In this document: positions 28,484 through 39,504 of the stretch, piece after piece
Layout of the letters: every line of letters begins with the position of its first letter
How positions within the stretch are numbered: position 1 is the first letter of the stretch
Virus record (IMG/VR): IMGVR_UViG_3300031952_002809
Span: 32,001-96,000 of that record
Reading direction: 5' to 3' (one strand)
DNA length: 64,000 bases
Source of the DNA: a virus
The notes under the pieces: generated by a model
The model's database searches: none
Told to the model about the DNA's origin: nothing
Seen by the model: only the letters and a program-made list of their open reading frames with translations
Made by a program: the position numbers and the translations under genes

Positions 28484-28685
28484 ACATATACATGTTGCAA
28501 TACCAGAGCATGTGTATTTTCATTTTAAACATAAATGTTCTTTTTTTGAATTGTCTCGCTCGGATGTTTTAGTAACATTGATTGAGAAATTTATTGATGG
28601 CGATTTTGATACAGATTTCGGCTTAGAGGTGTTTTTACATGCGGGACATCGGGATACTGACGCATCCAATAGACAAAGAAAATGA
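28470..28685 (+). CDS. RHH-like DNA-binding protein
   Basis: KHIHVAIPEHVYFHFKHKC....LSRSDVLVTLIEKFI. Confidence 0.65.
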   Translation: MDSIKHIHVAIPEHVYFHFKHKCSFFELSRSDVLVTLIEKFIDGDFDTDFGLEVFLHAGHRDTDASNRQRK

Positions 28686-30111
28686 ATGTCTTGTTATTGC
28701 CAATGCTTTAAAAAATGCTGAAAACAGGGAAATCTTTGTTCGAAGAGTTGCGTATAATCTATTCAGACTAAAGGAATACCAAACACTCGCCTGGGGAATT
28801 CTTGAAGTAAGCAAATCTGGAATAGAATTTAATCCTGACGCAGTTCGACTTAAATCACAGGCATGCCCAGTTCGCTATACGGTTGATCTTCCATTTATTC
28901 AGAATCTGATAACTAACTATCCTGATATTCCTGTATCAAACTTCATCGAACATGTTGAAAAGCTGACTGTTGACAGTGTTAAGCAAAGCATGATCGATTA
29001 CATGACAACAACTATATTTCCTGCATGCACCAATCCAACAATAACTTTGGCTGAATTAGATCAAAGATTTCTATATGGTAAAACTATTATTGAGCGAGGC
29101 TACTCATCTTCAAAGATGGGATTTAAAACACTTTCTGAGGTTGCTGCAGAATACGATATAATGAAAGCTACCGGTACAAGTAAGCGTCCAACCGGATTTA
29201 TCCAACTCGATCGTTATCTTACTGAAGGATTTAAAGATGGTCAAATAACTACTGTCGCAGCCCTCGCATCTCACGGAAAATCTAGTTTATGTCTCTCCAT
29301 GATGAAGAATCTTAGTCAATTGGAACAACCTGTTCCTGTAGCACAATTTGCTTTGGAGATGAATAACACATCTCTATTCACAAAACTTCTTGCATTTCGA
29401 ACACATTTACCTATATCTACTATTGTAAAAAAACCGGAAGATTTATCCTCTGACGAATTAAGTATATATGAGCATGAAAAGCAACAGCTCGCATTGAACA
29501 GGCATATTTTTTTGAATGATAAGCCTTCTCAAAATATAGCCAGCGTTCGAGAACAGATTCTTCTATTACAGGATCATATTAAACAACAATATATGGTTGT
29601 TGTTATAGATCTTTTTGGTAAACTCAGCGACCTGCAATCAAGTGATAATTTTGCTCGAGATTATGAAAAGAAATTAAATGAGATTCAAGTTATGGTGAGA
29701 GAGCTTGGTGTACACATGATTCTTGTTGCACAGCTTAATAGAGAGGTTGGAAAGAAGAACAGACGACCTACTATGAATGATCTTAAAAACTCCCATGCTC
29801 TTACTGAAGTGAGTGATATAATATTTGGGATACATCGTCCTTATTATGATCCAGAAAAAACATTCAAACAATATCTTACCTATGGCATGCCTCAAGATAC
29901 AGACGATGAATATGAAGATGATAGTAAGATAATAGAGACAGATCCTAACCAGAACGTTGCTGAGGTTATTATTCTTAAACAACGAATGGGTCCAAAGGAT
30001 GTTCTCATAAATTTTACATTTGATCCTGTAACTACTTGTTTTTCTCCTGTTACTGAAATGTACCAGCAACAACTAAATATTCGTAAAATTGAAGAAGAAG
30101 ACGAAGAATAG
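28639..30111 (+). CDS. dnaB: DnaB-like replicative helicase
   Basis: PTGFIQLD, ASHGKS, FALEM, VVIDL, AQLNR, RPTMNDLK and KQRMG motifs. Confidence 0.92.
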   Translation: MRDIGILTHPIDKENECLVIANALKNAENREIFVRRVAYNLFRLKEYQTLAWGILEVSKSGIEFNPDAVRLKSQACPVRYTVDLPFIQNLITNYPDIPVSNFIEHVEKLTVDSVKQSMIDYMTTTIFPACTNPTITLAELDQRFLYGKTIIERGYSSSKMGFKTLSEVAAEYDIMKATGTSKRPTGFIQLDRYLTEGFKDGQITTVAALASHGKSSLCLSMMKNLSQLEQPVPVAQFALEMNNTSLFTKLLAFRTHLPISTIVKKPEDLSSDELSIYEHEKQQLALNRHIFLNDKPSQNIASVREQILLLQDHIKQQYMVVVIDLFGKLSDLQSSDNFARDYEKKLNEIQVMVRELGVHMILVAQLNREVGKKNRRPTMNDLKNSHALTEVSDIIFGIHRPYYDPEKTFKQYLTYGMPQDTDDEYEDDSKIIETDPNQNVAEVIILKQRMGPKDVLINFTFDPVTTCFSPVTEMYQQQLNIRKIEEEDEE

Positions 30112-30137
30112 ACTTAAAAAAGTCCCAAAAATATACT
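30109..30137 (+). promoter_or_regulatory. Sigma70-like promoter at the start of the lysis/structural block
   Basis: TAGACT-17 bp-TATACT. Confidence 0.45.
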
Positions 30138-30228
30138 TAAAAAATAACTCTTTCCACCTATATTTCCCCATTAGATAACACTCTTCACCCATCTGTATAC
30201 ACTGTACCTACTATGCTTGGAGGAATCA

Positions 30229-30897
30229 ATGAGCATTATAAGCAATATTAAGAATATATATAGTAAGAAATCCATTCAAATAGAGCCTCCCGAAACAATA
30301 AGTGTCCAGCCTTTAGTAGAAAGAAAAACCGTAGATATCATCATTGATCGCCAAATAAGAACTAAATATCAAGCTGGGTGGATAGACAAAATAAGAACTA
30401 ATCCGATAACTGAAATTGTTTTGCATGGAACAGCAGGCGGTACAACTGCCGAAGGACTTCTTTTGTGGATGCTTAGTGGGGAACGAGCAAAGGAGTATTA
30501 CAAAGGAATAGCGTTATTTCATTATGCAATAGATCGAGATGAGCCACATATTGTGGAAATAATCGACCCTTCATATTGGGTATACCATTCAAGTTCGGGA
30601 AGTCATGACAAAGAAACTATTGGTATTGAACTAGTAAATCCCTCTAAAACAAATAGAGCCGAGTATACAGATAATCAATATGAAATGGTTTTTAATTTAG
30701 TGTTCAAACATCTTCTTCCAACATACCCTTCTATAAATAAAATAGTTTCTCACGATTACAATATGAAAACATTTTCTGGATTACCTCCGAAGGGATGCCC
30801 TGGAACTGGTTTTGATTGGACTCTCCTTGAAAAAAAATTAACTAGCAATAACAAGAAATTTACTAAGATCGAAACTGGTTCATACCAGTTAGCTTAG
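30229..30897 (+). CDS. N-acetylmuramoyl-L-alanine amidase (Amidase_2) endolysin
   Basis: IVLHGT, HYAID, YHS, IGIEL, VSHD and CPG (His/His/Cys Zn ligands); ATG at 30229 after GGAGG. Confidence 0.85.
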   Translation: MSIISNIKNIYSKKSIQIEPPETISVQPLVERKTVDIIIDRQIRTKYQAGWIDKIRTNPITEIVLHGTAGGTTAEGLLLWMLSGERAKEYYKGIALFHYAIDRDEPHIVEIIDPSYWVYHSSSGSHDKETIGIELVNPSKTNRAEYTDNQYEMVFNLVFKHLLPTYPSINKIVSHDYNMKTFSGLPPKGCPGTGFDWTLLEKKLTSNNKKFTKIETGSYQLA

Positions 30898-30950
30898 TAT
30901 ATTCTGGTAGGATTTTTTGAAAAAGAAGTTATCACACAATAGGATACGTA

Positions 30951-32366
30951 ATGGCTACTAGTGGTTATATGGTAGGACCCGTAGGGCCGGTAGGACCAAA
31001 AGGAGTTCCCGGCCCCCAAGGACCCGTTGGGCCAGGAGGTCCTCCTGGATCTCGAGGACTCCAAGGACCATCTGGAGGACCTCCTGGTCCGCAAGGACTC
31101 CAAGGCATAAAGGGTGCCACTGGATCTCAAGGACCATCTGGACCTCAAGGTCCTCGTGGATTAGTAGGATATTCTGGAGCTCCTGGGCCTCCAGGAGTAC
31201 CAGGTCCTGCTGGTCTGCAGGGTGTTCAGGGAGAAAAAGGAGACACTGGTCCAGCAGGAGCTGATGGTGCCCCTCTTATATGGAAAGGATCTTTTTCGAC
31301 AGCGCCTCTTTCTCCACAATTAAACTGGGCATATTATAACACAACTGATAAGAAATCCTATGTTTGGAATGGGACTAGTTGGAATATTGTTGCTCAGGAT
31401 GGTCAAACGGGTGCTGAAGGTCCACAGGGGGATGCTGGTATATCTTTGCTGTGGCAAGGTTCTTTTGATACCCCTCCACCTGATCCTTTGCTTAACTGGG
31501 CTTATTATAATACTATCGATAAGAAATCGTATATTTGGAACTCTTCTGTCTGGACTCTCGTTGCACAAGATGGCGATACAGGCCCACAAGGTGTTCAAGG
31601 TCCTCCTGGGGTAGATGGTATTTCTATATTTTGGAAAGGTTCTCTTTCGGCACCGCCATCTGATCCTTTGCTTAACTGGGCTTATTACAGTATACCAGAT
31701 AAAAAATCATACATATGGGATTCTGTAAGTTGGACTATGCTTGTTCAAGACGGTGCGCAGGGGTCGCAGGGAGAACAAGGTATTCAGGGTATTCCAGGCC
31801 CCCCTGGGCATGGAAATGTAGATGGCCCTGGTTCAGCCATCGTAGGTCATATAGCAACTTTTGCTACTAGCAGCGGTGAATACTTAGCAGATAGCGGTTT
31901 TTTTGCACAGGATGCCACAACCTTCGATAAAGGCTTTGTTCAACTTTCTAATAACTATCTGGGAACTTCAGAAAGCCTTGCTGTGACTGAGCTTGCTCTG
32001 TCTGGCGGTATGGCATCAAAACAAACTGCTAGTCCTAATTTAACTGCCATCGCCGCTTGTTTTTCAGCGGGTGAAATTACTGCCACATCAACCGGTACGT
32101 ATCTATTAGATACGGTACCTCTTTTAGCTGGAGGGCACTCTGTTAAATGGTTATTAGGATATGCTGATTCTTCTAGATATAAAGCAGAGGAAGTATTGGC
32201 TGTAGAAATGAATGGATCGGTTACATATAACCGATATGCTAGTGTAGGGTATGATTTTAACGTATCCATTGACCTAATTTCAGATACAGTTAATATATAT
32301 TTATATATAACCTATGATGAGATGAACACTATGAAATTTTCGTTTAAACGATTTATCATTCAATAA
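30951..32366 (+). CDS. Collagen-like virion fibre protein
   Basis: Long Gly-X-Y run, three WKGS..P.LNWAYY..DKKSY.W modules separated by short collagen linkers, and a C-terminal beta domain. Confidence 0.85.
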   Translation: MATSGYMVGPVGPVGPKGVPGPQGPVGPGGPPGSRGLQGPSGGPPGPQGLQGIKGATGSQGPSGPQGPRGLVGYSGAPGPPGVPGPAGLQGVQGEKGDTGPAGADGAPLIWKGSFSTAPLSPQLNWAYYNTTDKKSYVWNGTSWNIVAQDGQTGAEGPQGDAGISLLWQGSFDTPPPDPLLNWAYYNTIDKKSYIWNSSVWTLVAQDGDTGPQGVQGPPGVDGISIFWKGSLSAPPSDPLLNWAYYSIPDKKSYIWDSVSWTMLVQDGAQGSQGEQGIQGIPGPPGHGNVDGPGSAIVGHIATFATSSGEYLADSGFFAQDATTFDKGFVQLSNNYLGTSESLAVTELALSGGMASKQTASPNLTAIAACFSAGEITATSTGTYLLDTVPLLAGGHSVKWLLGYADSSRYKAEEVLAVEMNGSVTYNRYASVGYDFNVSIDLISDTVNIYLYITYDEMNTMKFSFKRFIIQ

Positions 32367-32381
32367 GAGAGAGGTGCTATT

Positions 32382-33260
32382 ATGGCTAAAGATTATTTTA
32401 GAATTAGTAAGGGGCTGAGTATTGATAACATTACTGATATCCTGTACGGGTCGGCTGACCCCTCGGCTGGCGGTGGTGTCGTTGCTCCGATAAGTTCTAT
32501 TTATTGCAGGACTACTGATGGGTCAACCTGGCATAAAACCGGTGCTTTGGCTACAGACTGGGTTAAGTTTTTAGATGCGCAGGGAGCTAGTGTAGAAGAT
32601 ACCGATCAGAACTCATTCATGGGTAAAACCTCTACAGGTGCTATTCTGCCCATTTACACAGAGCAAAATCATGTGTTAACCAATGATTCTCTGATGCTTG
32701 CTGTTGACAAGTTGGATATGTATTTAGGTGCAGGTCCGTCAGTCAATGTCAGAACAAACTATCCAATAACAAGTACAGGTGATGTTAATGCTAACATCCA
32801 AGCATTAGATGATGCTATCGGTACAGATGCGCAGATGACATCTTTGAACTACATTGCTGTAGCTAATAGCATTGATAGTAACTTGTCTGCATTGGATGCT
32901 GCGATTAAAGCTAAGAATCCTTTTGCAATTGCAGCTACAAATCAACCTACTTCTACTGGTCTTGCAGCAGATACTCTTGCATTTGCTACATACTCCAGTG
33001 CTGAGTGGTTGGTTACTGTTCAGTCTACTAATTCAAGGCAAAACAGGGCTGTCTACAAAGTTGTTGCATTGAACGATAGTGTTTCAGCCATTGATTATAC
33101 TTTGTTTTCTATTCTTTATGTTGGTTCTGCTATCACCGGTCTGGCTATATCTGTGGATCTTAGCGAGGGTGACATGAGACTTCTCATTGCATGTGGTGAG
33201 AATATTGATTACGACATACAGAGAATAGCTCAAGCATCTCTGCCGGGAGCGATTACATAG
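32382..33260 (+). CDS. Virion structural/fibre-associated protein
   Basis: GSADPS...APISSIY..TDG..WHK fibre motif, ALDDAI repeats, and a C-terminal domain paralogous to that of 30951. Confidence 0.7.
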   Translation: MAKDYFRISKGLSIDNITDILYGSADPSAGGGVVAPISSIYCRTTDGSTWHKTGALATDWVKFLDAQGASVEDTDQNSFMGKTSTGAILPIYTEQNHVLTNDSLMLAVDKLDMYLGAGPSVNVRTNYPITSTGDVNANIQALDDAIGTDAQMTSLNYIAVANSIDSNLSALDAAIKAKNPFAIAATNQPTSTGLAADTLAFATYSSAEWLVTVQSTNSRQNRAVYKVVALNDSVSAIDYTLFSILYVGSAITGLAISVDLSEGDMRLLIACGENIDYDIQRIAQASLPGAIT

Positions 33261-33322
33261 GTATAGTATCGCTGGTAATGCATATGTCCACAGAATCTAT
33301 ATATTTAGATAAGGTTAGATGA

Positions 33323-36300
33323 ATGGCACTAATTGATCGAGCATTTGATGTACTGAATGGAATATCCCTCGGTGATACGGTAGGGATATTCTATTCGGAT
33401 GCGTCACCTAATACAAGTGGTTTAGATTCCCCTGAGGGGTCTATTGCTTTGCAAGTACCTCCTTCAGGAGAACCTCAGCTTTGGAAAAAGTTTGGATCAA
33501 GTTCTACAGCATGGAAAAAACTTCAAACTAAGACGTACACATCTACGGGAATTCCTACTACGAACAATGACGGTGTAGACACGGCTGGTATTGGTATTAC
33601 TTTTGAACCAGGTGATCTTTGGATAAATACCGATACCAGTACGGGTTTTTATGTTTGTTTTCAGAATACGACCGGTTCTGCTCTTTGGGGTCAGGCTGGC
33701 GGGGCTGCTAGCTTTGAGTCAAGCACAGCTAATATTAAGATGGATGGGACTGCTTCAGTTGGTGAACTGAACACAGTTCCAAGAGCCGATCACGTCCACC
33801 CTTCAGATACTTCAAAGCAGAATGCACACGCTATTGGAAATCTTACTACTTCAACTGGCTTACTTGTTTCTGGGGGAACCGGGGCGGTTATAGGAAGTGG
33901 AACAGTCTTATCTCTTCCACAACTACTTGGTCCTAGTGATTCTCCTACTTTTGTTGATGTAACTCTTTCAAGCATGCACAGAACTGTAAGTGCTCTTGGA
34001 ACTGATACTAAAATGGCAACAGGTGTTCCTTTTGGAGAAAGAGGAAAGTTTAAAGTTGCCTTTACATACAGCGCTCCAAACATTGTAGCTACCATTTCCT
34101 TTGTTGGAGCAAATACATCGTTTTCGTATTATATCAGTGGAAAGAAATTTACAGTAACCTCAACCGGACTTTCTGCATACACAAAATCAGCAACGGCAGC
34201 AGAAGGAACATGGTACTTTTATATAAACCAATCAACGACTGATGTTAATGCTCCCGACGTGTCTTTGTCTCAGATTCCCTGGACTATCTACGATCCAGAT
34301 GTTCTTTTATGGAATGCATACTACAACGCAACTGCTACTGATATAACCTGGGTTGGTGAAGAGCGTCATACCGCCGGTAGAGATATTTATAATCATGCAA
34401 GAAATCATGCTCAAGGTGCTATATATAAATCTGGATTGCTGTTTAGTCAATACAATGGGCTAACCGCTTTCTCATCAAATACTGACAACAATTTTGGAAG
34501 AGCGCAGGCTATAGTGAGCAGTGGCTCATTCTATGATGAAGACATCCAAAATACTATATCGCATACAGATGCTTCAATTACTTCCACTACTAGCTCACCC
34601 GCAACGGGTTGGAATTTAACAGTAAATCAATTTCTTGGATTCACTGCATTGGCTACCACTGGAACCAATGCAACAACGATAGTATTTACAACAACTCGAA
34701 CACTGGCTACCGGTCAAGCTGTTACAGTTATGACAGGAAATACAACGACTGTTCGTGGAACAACTACGATAACAACAGGTGGAACGAGTACATCGTTTAC
34801 TGTATCCTCAGTAACTGGATTAGCATCAGGTGACGCTATCGTAATTGGAGCACGAATTCCTATTTATTATATATCTGCCGTTGCTGGTGGAGTTTATACC
34901 TGGAGAAAGCTTACATCAACTGATTTTCTTGGTGTATCCGGTGGAGTGGCAATAACTGCTGCTACTATTGCGTCAGCAACATGTCAGTACAATAATGCTA
35001 CTGCTGGTGGCTTTGCAACAATAACTGCAAATAGATATTATCCAATGTATCTAATTGCAACGAATATGACTAGTGAACCTGTTATTGCTGTACTTGGGCA
35101 GGGACAATCAACAAATGCAACTCTAGCTACGGCGCTAGGAGAGGCTCCATTTCAATTTGCAAACGTAGCAGGATTATCTGGGTTAGGTATACAAGAAGCC
35201 GTACCATTTTATCGATTAACATATCATTACAATACGGGTGGGGCTTTTACCAATACTCGCATAAAAGTAGTTGATGTTACTTTTCTTAATTTACGTGTAT
35301 CAACTGTGTCTGGAACTGTTATAGGTTCTTCTCCGTCTACAATGGCAGCATCTCAGGTTACAACAGATACTACTAATTTCAGTAATGTACTTTCAACAAG
35401 TGATACCACTGTTCAGAACGCACTTGATACTATTGATGATCACGTTCACAATACGTATTGGGGCGGTACAGATTCAGGAAGCACAAACGCTTTTGTTGTT
35501 ACTCCTTCTCCAGCGGCTACAGCATATACTGCAGGAATGGTTGTTCGATTCAAAGCCAACTCAACAAATACCGGAGCAAGTACAATAAACGTAAATGCTC
35601 TTGGTACCAAAACAATAAAGAAAAATGGACTGAGTGATCTTGTCAGCAATGATATTGTTTCAGGTCAGATAGTAACATTAGTATATGATGGAACATATTT
35701 TCAACTTCAGGTTGTTGAAGGAATAGTTTCGTACGCTCTTGTATCTGATGCAGAAGCAGCAACTGGATTTGGAAACAATCTGTGCTATGTAGTTGCTACT
35801 GATACTTTATATCGATATATCGCTGCTGGTTCAGCATATACCGACGATAACAAATATGTTTTAAGCACAGGTTCTGGTGGAAACACAAGATGGGTTGGTG
35901 TTGCTGGTAGATATATTTATACGTCAACGAATGTATTCTATGGATTTGAATCTTCATTCTCCACAAGTTCTGGAATGTACAATACATCTTTTGGAACGAA
36001 TAGTCTATACACTAATTCGGCTGGTGGAGCAAACGTTGCTGTTGGGCATAATGCTTTATATTCTTCTAATGCCGACTCAAATACAGCTGTAGGCAAAAGC
36101 GCTGGTTCTTCTACTACAGGCGGATACAATACTTATATTGGAAATAGTAGTGGTACTAATGCCACGTCAGGGACAGGCAACACAGCGGTAGGCTTTTCAG
36201 CTTATTCTGGTGCAAGCGGACCAACATATGCAACAGGTTCCAGCAACGTTGCAATCGGCTACCAGGCGGCGCAAGCGGCATCGTCCGTTGCTAATAGCGT

Positions 36301-39300
36301 ATTTATTGGTTATCGTGCTGCATACAGTGTTACGAATTCTCCCGGACTACTTACTATAATTGGTTATCAAGCTGGCTACTCCACAACGTCTGGAAATAGC
36401 ACAACACTTATTGGTGGTAACGCTGGGTATTATCTTACTACAGAAAATTTTAATACATTCATTGGAGCTGCTGCTGGTTTTTATGTTACTGCTGCTAACA
36501 ATATTTTAATTGGGTATCGTTCTGGCTATGGAGCTTCTGGTCAGAGCACGGGTATTCAGAATGTTGCTATTGGAAATTATACTCTTGAAGATATAACTAC
36601 TGCTACTGAGAATGTTGTTGTTGGAAATAACGCAGGGCATGATATAACAACAGGAAGTTATAATGTTTTATTGGGCGGAACTGCCGGTAATGCATTAACT
36701 ACGCAAAGTTATAACATAGCAATCGGATTGTCTGCTCTTTATACTAATGCTGCTGATTATAATATTGCAATAGGATATAAAGCTGGTGAATTAAATGTTA
36801 GTGGAACTTCGTTAGTATATATAGGATATACCGCAGGAAGATATGCTACAGGAGCATCTAACCTTTATATAGGAGATTGCGCTGGAAGAGGGGTGTCCGG
36901 TCAAAGTACTGGTATAGCAAATATTGCTATCGGAGCAACAGCCTTATACGTGTATACAACAGGCCACGATAACACAGCAATAGGACTTCAGTCTTTACAA
37001 TCCCTCACGACAGGGAATTACAATACAGCTATTGGGGCTAATGCTGGATATGGTATAACTACAACTAATGGTAATATGCTACTGGGAACATACGCAGGAC
37101 AATATGTTGATGGAAACTATAATACTTATATTGGATATCAAACTGGTCTTGGGTCAAGTGGTGCTTCAACGGGTATTGGGAATGTTGGTATTGGATTCAG
37201 TGCCGCTGCTGCAACTACTATTGGAAGTTATAATATTTCTATAGGATATCTAGCCGCTTCAGCTCTTCAAAACATGACTGATACAATAATGATAGGAAGA
37301 TATGCTGGTGGTAAATCATTTGGAAATGATACCGGAAGTATTTATATGGGTGCATATTCCGGCCAATACTGTGTTGGCAATGCTGCTAATGTACTTATAG
37401 GATACAATATATTGACTGCTGGAGTAACAAATAGCAGTGTTATTATTGGATACAATGCATATAGAGGAAGTCAGGGAACTTCTGAAGTAACTAATATAAC
37501 GGTTAATAGTGCCACAATTGCAAATTATGTTGGTGATTGGTATCGCTTCTATAGTGCATATGATCCAGCAGCATTTACCTTTGATTTCTGGTTCGACACA
37601 ACTGGATCAGATTCGAAACCCGCCGGAGCAAATGGAACTGTTCAAACTAAAATAAATATTACGGGTTTAACAACTGTCCATCAAATTGCCACTGCGATTG
37701 CAACAGCAATGAATGGAATGACCTATTGTGGATTGCAAATATTTTCCAGCAGTAGCACAACGTCTCCAGCTATAATTACAGCTGTGCGACCTGGTACGGT
37801 TACTGATCCAGTCATGACTAATGCCAGCGAATTGTCTGCTACCGTTACAACACAAGGGGCTTCTGCTGCATACGGTGTTGCGAATGTGTATATTGGATAC
37901 CAAGCTGGATATTCTACAAGCTACGGTTATCATAATGTATATCTTGGATACCAAGCTGGGTATTCGGGGACATCTGCAGATTCTGGAATAGCAATTGGAT
38001 ATAATGCTGGATATGCAAATTCTACTCAAACGGGTTCTGTTTTTATCGGGCATTCTGCTGGGCAATATGCTACCGGTGTTTCTGTAACATTTGTTGGTTA
38101 TCATGCCGGTATGGGAGTAACTGGTCAAAGCTCGGGACAAGCTAATACTTTTATTGGATATAATAGTGGTCAGGCATTTACAACAGCTGCTCACAATACA
38201 TGTATTGGCGCTAATGCTGGATCAAATATTACTACAGGGCAAGGCAATGTTTTAGTTGGGACAGGAACTAGTCTTTACAGTGCGTCAGGAAGCTATAATA
38301 CAATTTTAGGAGGTTATGCAAACACAGGATACCCATACTTAGCAAATACTGTAGCTAGTAATGTAATGATTGGATATAATGCAGGATATTATTCCGTATC
38401 ATCATTATTGAATGTATTTATTGGAAATGAGTCTGGGTATAATGCTTTAGCAACTAGTTATAATGTATTTGTTGGTAATTACTCTGGAAGGAATGTTACA
38501 ACTAGTCGTAATATTGCAATAGGCTATCAAACATACGGCGGCACTTCAATAACAGTAGCGTATGAGAGTACCCGAGTATCGTGTGTAGCTGACGTAAGTG
38601 GGTCTTTAGCTGGAAAATATTTTTCATTTTCATCAACTACAACGACATATTGGTTATGGTATCAAGTATCGGGATCTGGTACTGCCCCAACTCCAGATGC
38701 TGGTCAGACATTAGTACAATGTAACCTCACAACTAACGATACTGCTATATCAGTAGCGACTAAAACTATTACAGCAATACAAGGAATTAGTGGTACTCCA
38801 GTCTATGCGTATCCTCTAACCGGTTCCGTGTATGTATATATTGTAAATAAATTAGCAGGCAATGTTACTGATGCTGCTAATGGTGCTGGCGGACTTTCTC
38901 CGGGATTTTCTTTTACATACACGCAAGGATCTGGTACTTCCACTACAGCTACAGAAGGAGTAGCATTAGGGCATCAAGCATTGACTGCAGTAACATCAGG
39001 TTCATCCAATACAGCACTTGGATACAGGGCAGGGTATACATTAACAACAGGAACAAATAACATTTTTGTTGGGCATACAGCAGACACAACGTCCACAGGG
39101 TTAGTAAATTCTATTGTTATTGGTTATGGGGCTACTACAGCTACAAGCAATCAAATATATGTCGGTAATGCTTCAACAACATCTGCAATCGTAAAAGGTA
39201 TTTATGGAAATACCAATGGAGCAAATTCCTTCGTACGTATAGGATCAGACGGTACTTTATATCAAGATAATAATCCTCCTACTGGTGGTGGAACATACGC

Positions 39301-39496
39301 TGAAGAGATATTCACCGCAACACCTGCACAGACAAATTTTTCATTATCCAATGCCCCGCTTGCTGAAGCATCAACATGGGTATTTATAGATGCAGCTTAT
39401 TCTGCAACAGACCAATATACAATATCGACTACGACATTAATACTGGGAACTGGATTGGCTGGTGGAGAGAAAGTAGTAATTAAGTACATTTATTAG
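33323..39496 (+). CDS. Giant tail fibre/spike (2057 aa) with YadA/Hep-Hag-like N.AIG..A beta-helical repeats
   Basis: Dozens of ~14-aa N(T/V)(A/F)IG.xAG repeats, PRADHVHP motif, YTAGMVVRFKA..NTGASTINVN.LG fibre motif. Confidence 0.85.
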   Translation: MALIDRAFDVLNGISLGDTVGIFYSDASPNTSGLDSPEGSIALQVPPSGEPQLWKKFGSSSTAWKKLQTKTYTSTGIPTTNNDGVDTAGIGITFEPGDLWINTDTSTGFYVCFQNTTGSALWGQAGGAASFESSTANIKMDGTASVGELNTVPRADHVHPSDTSKQNAHAIGNLTTSTGLLVSGGTGAVIGSGTVLSLPQLLGPSDSPTFVDVTLSSMHRTVSALGTDTKMATGVPFGERGKFKVAFTYSAPNIVATISFVGANTSFSYYISGKKFTVTSTGLSAYTKSATAAEGTWYFYINQSTTDVNAPDVSLSQIPWTIYDPDVLLWNAYYNATATDITWVGEERHTAGRDIYNHARNHAQGAIYKSGLLFSQYNGLTAFSSNTDNNFGRAQAIVSSGSFYDEDIQNTISHTDASITSTTSSPATGWNLTVNQFLGFTALATTGTNATTIVFTTTRTLATGQAVTVMTGNTTTVRGTTTITTGGTSTSFTVSSVTGLASGDAIVIGARIPIYYISAVAGGVYTWRKLTSTDFLGVSGGVAITAATIASATCQYNNATAGGFATITANRYYPMYLIATNMTSEPVIAVLGQGQSTNATLATALGEAPFQFANVAGLSGLGIQEAVPFYRLTYHYNTGGAFTNTRIKVVDVTFLNLRVSTVSGTVIGSSPSTMAASQVTTDTTNFSNVLSTSDTTVQNALDTIDDHVHNTYWGGTDSGSTNAFVVTPSPAATAYTAGMVVRFKANSTNTGASTINVNALGTKTIKKNGLSDLVSNDIVSGQIVTLVYDGTYFQLQVVEGIVSYALVSDAEAATGFGNNLCYVVATDTLYRYIAAGSAYTDDNKYVLSTGSGGNTRWVGVAGRYIYTSTNVFYGFESSFSTSSGMYNTSFGTNSLYTNSAGGANVAVGHNALYSSNADSNTAVGKSAGSSTTGGYNTYIGNSSGTNATSGTGNTAVGFSAYSGASGPTYATGSSNVAIGYQAAQAASSVANSVFIGYRAAYSVTNSPGLLTIIGYQAGYSTTSGNSTTLIGGNAGYYLTTENFNTFIGAAAGFYVTAANNILIGYRSGYGASGQSTGIQNVAIGNYTLEDITTATENVVVGNNAGHDITTGSYNVLLGGTAGNALTTQSYNIAIGLSALYTNAADYNIAIGYKAGELNVSGTSLVYIGYTAGRYATGASNLYIGDCAGRGVSGQSTGIANIAIGATALYVYTTGHDNTAIGLQSLQSLTTGNYNTAIGANAGYGITTTNGNMLLGTYAGQYVDGNYNTYIGYQTGLGSSGASTGIGNVGIGFSAAAATTIGSYNISIGYLAASALQNMTDTIMIGRYAGGKSFGNDTGSIYMGAYSGQYCVGNAANVLIGYNILTAGVTNSSVIIGYNAYRGSQGTSEVTNITVNSATIANYVGDWYRFYSAYDPAAFTFDFWFDTTGSDSKPAGANGTVQTKINITGLTTVHQIATAIATAMNGMTYCGLQIFSSSSTTSPAIITAVRPGTVTDPVMTNASELSATVTTQGASAAYGVANVYIGYQAGYSTSYGYHNVYLGYQAGYSGTSADSGIAIGYNAGYANSTQTGSVFIGHSAGQYATGVSVTFVGYHAGMGVTGQSSGQANTFIGYNSGQAFTTAAHNTCIGANAGSNITTGQGNVLVGTGTSLYSASGSYNTILGGYANTGYPYLANTVASNVMIGYNAGYYSVSSLLNVFIGNESGYNALATSYNVFVGNYSGRNVTTSRNIAIGYQTYGGTSITVAYESTRVSCVADVSGSLAGKYFSFSSTTTTYWLWYQVSGSGTAPTPDAGQTLVQCNLTTNDTAISVATKTITAIQGISGTPVYAYPLTGSVYVYIVNKLAGNVTDAANGAGGLSPGFSFTYTQGSGTSTTATEGVALGHQALTAVTSGSSNTALGYRAGYTLTTGTNNIFVGHTADTTSTGLVNSIVIGYGATTATSNQIYVGNASTTSAIVKGIYGNTNGANSFVRIGSDGTLYQDNNPPTGGGTYAEEIFTATPAQTNFSLSNAPLAEASTWVFIDAAYSATDQYTISTTTLILGTGLAGGEKVVIKYIY

Positions 39497-39504
39497 GAAA
39501 TGCT

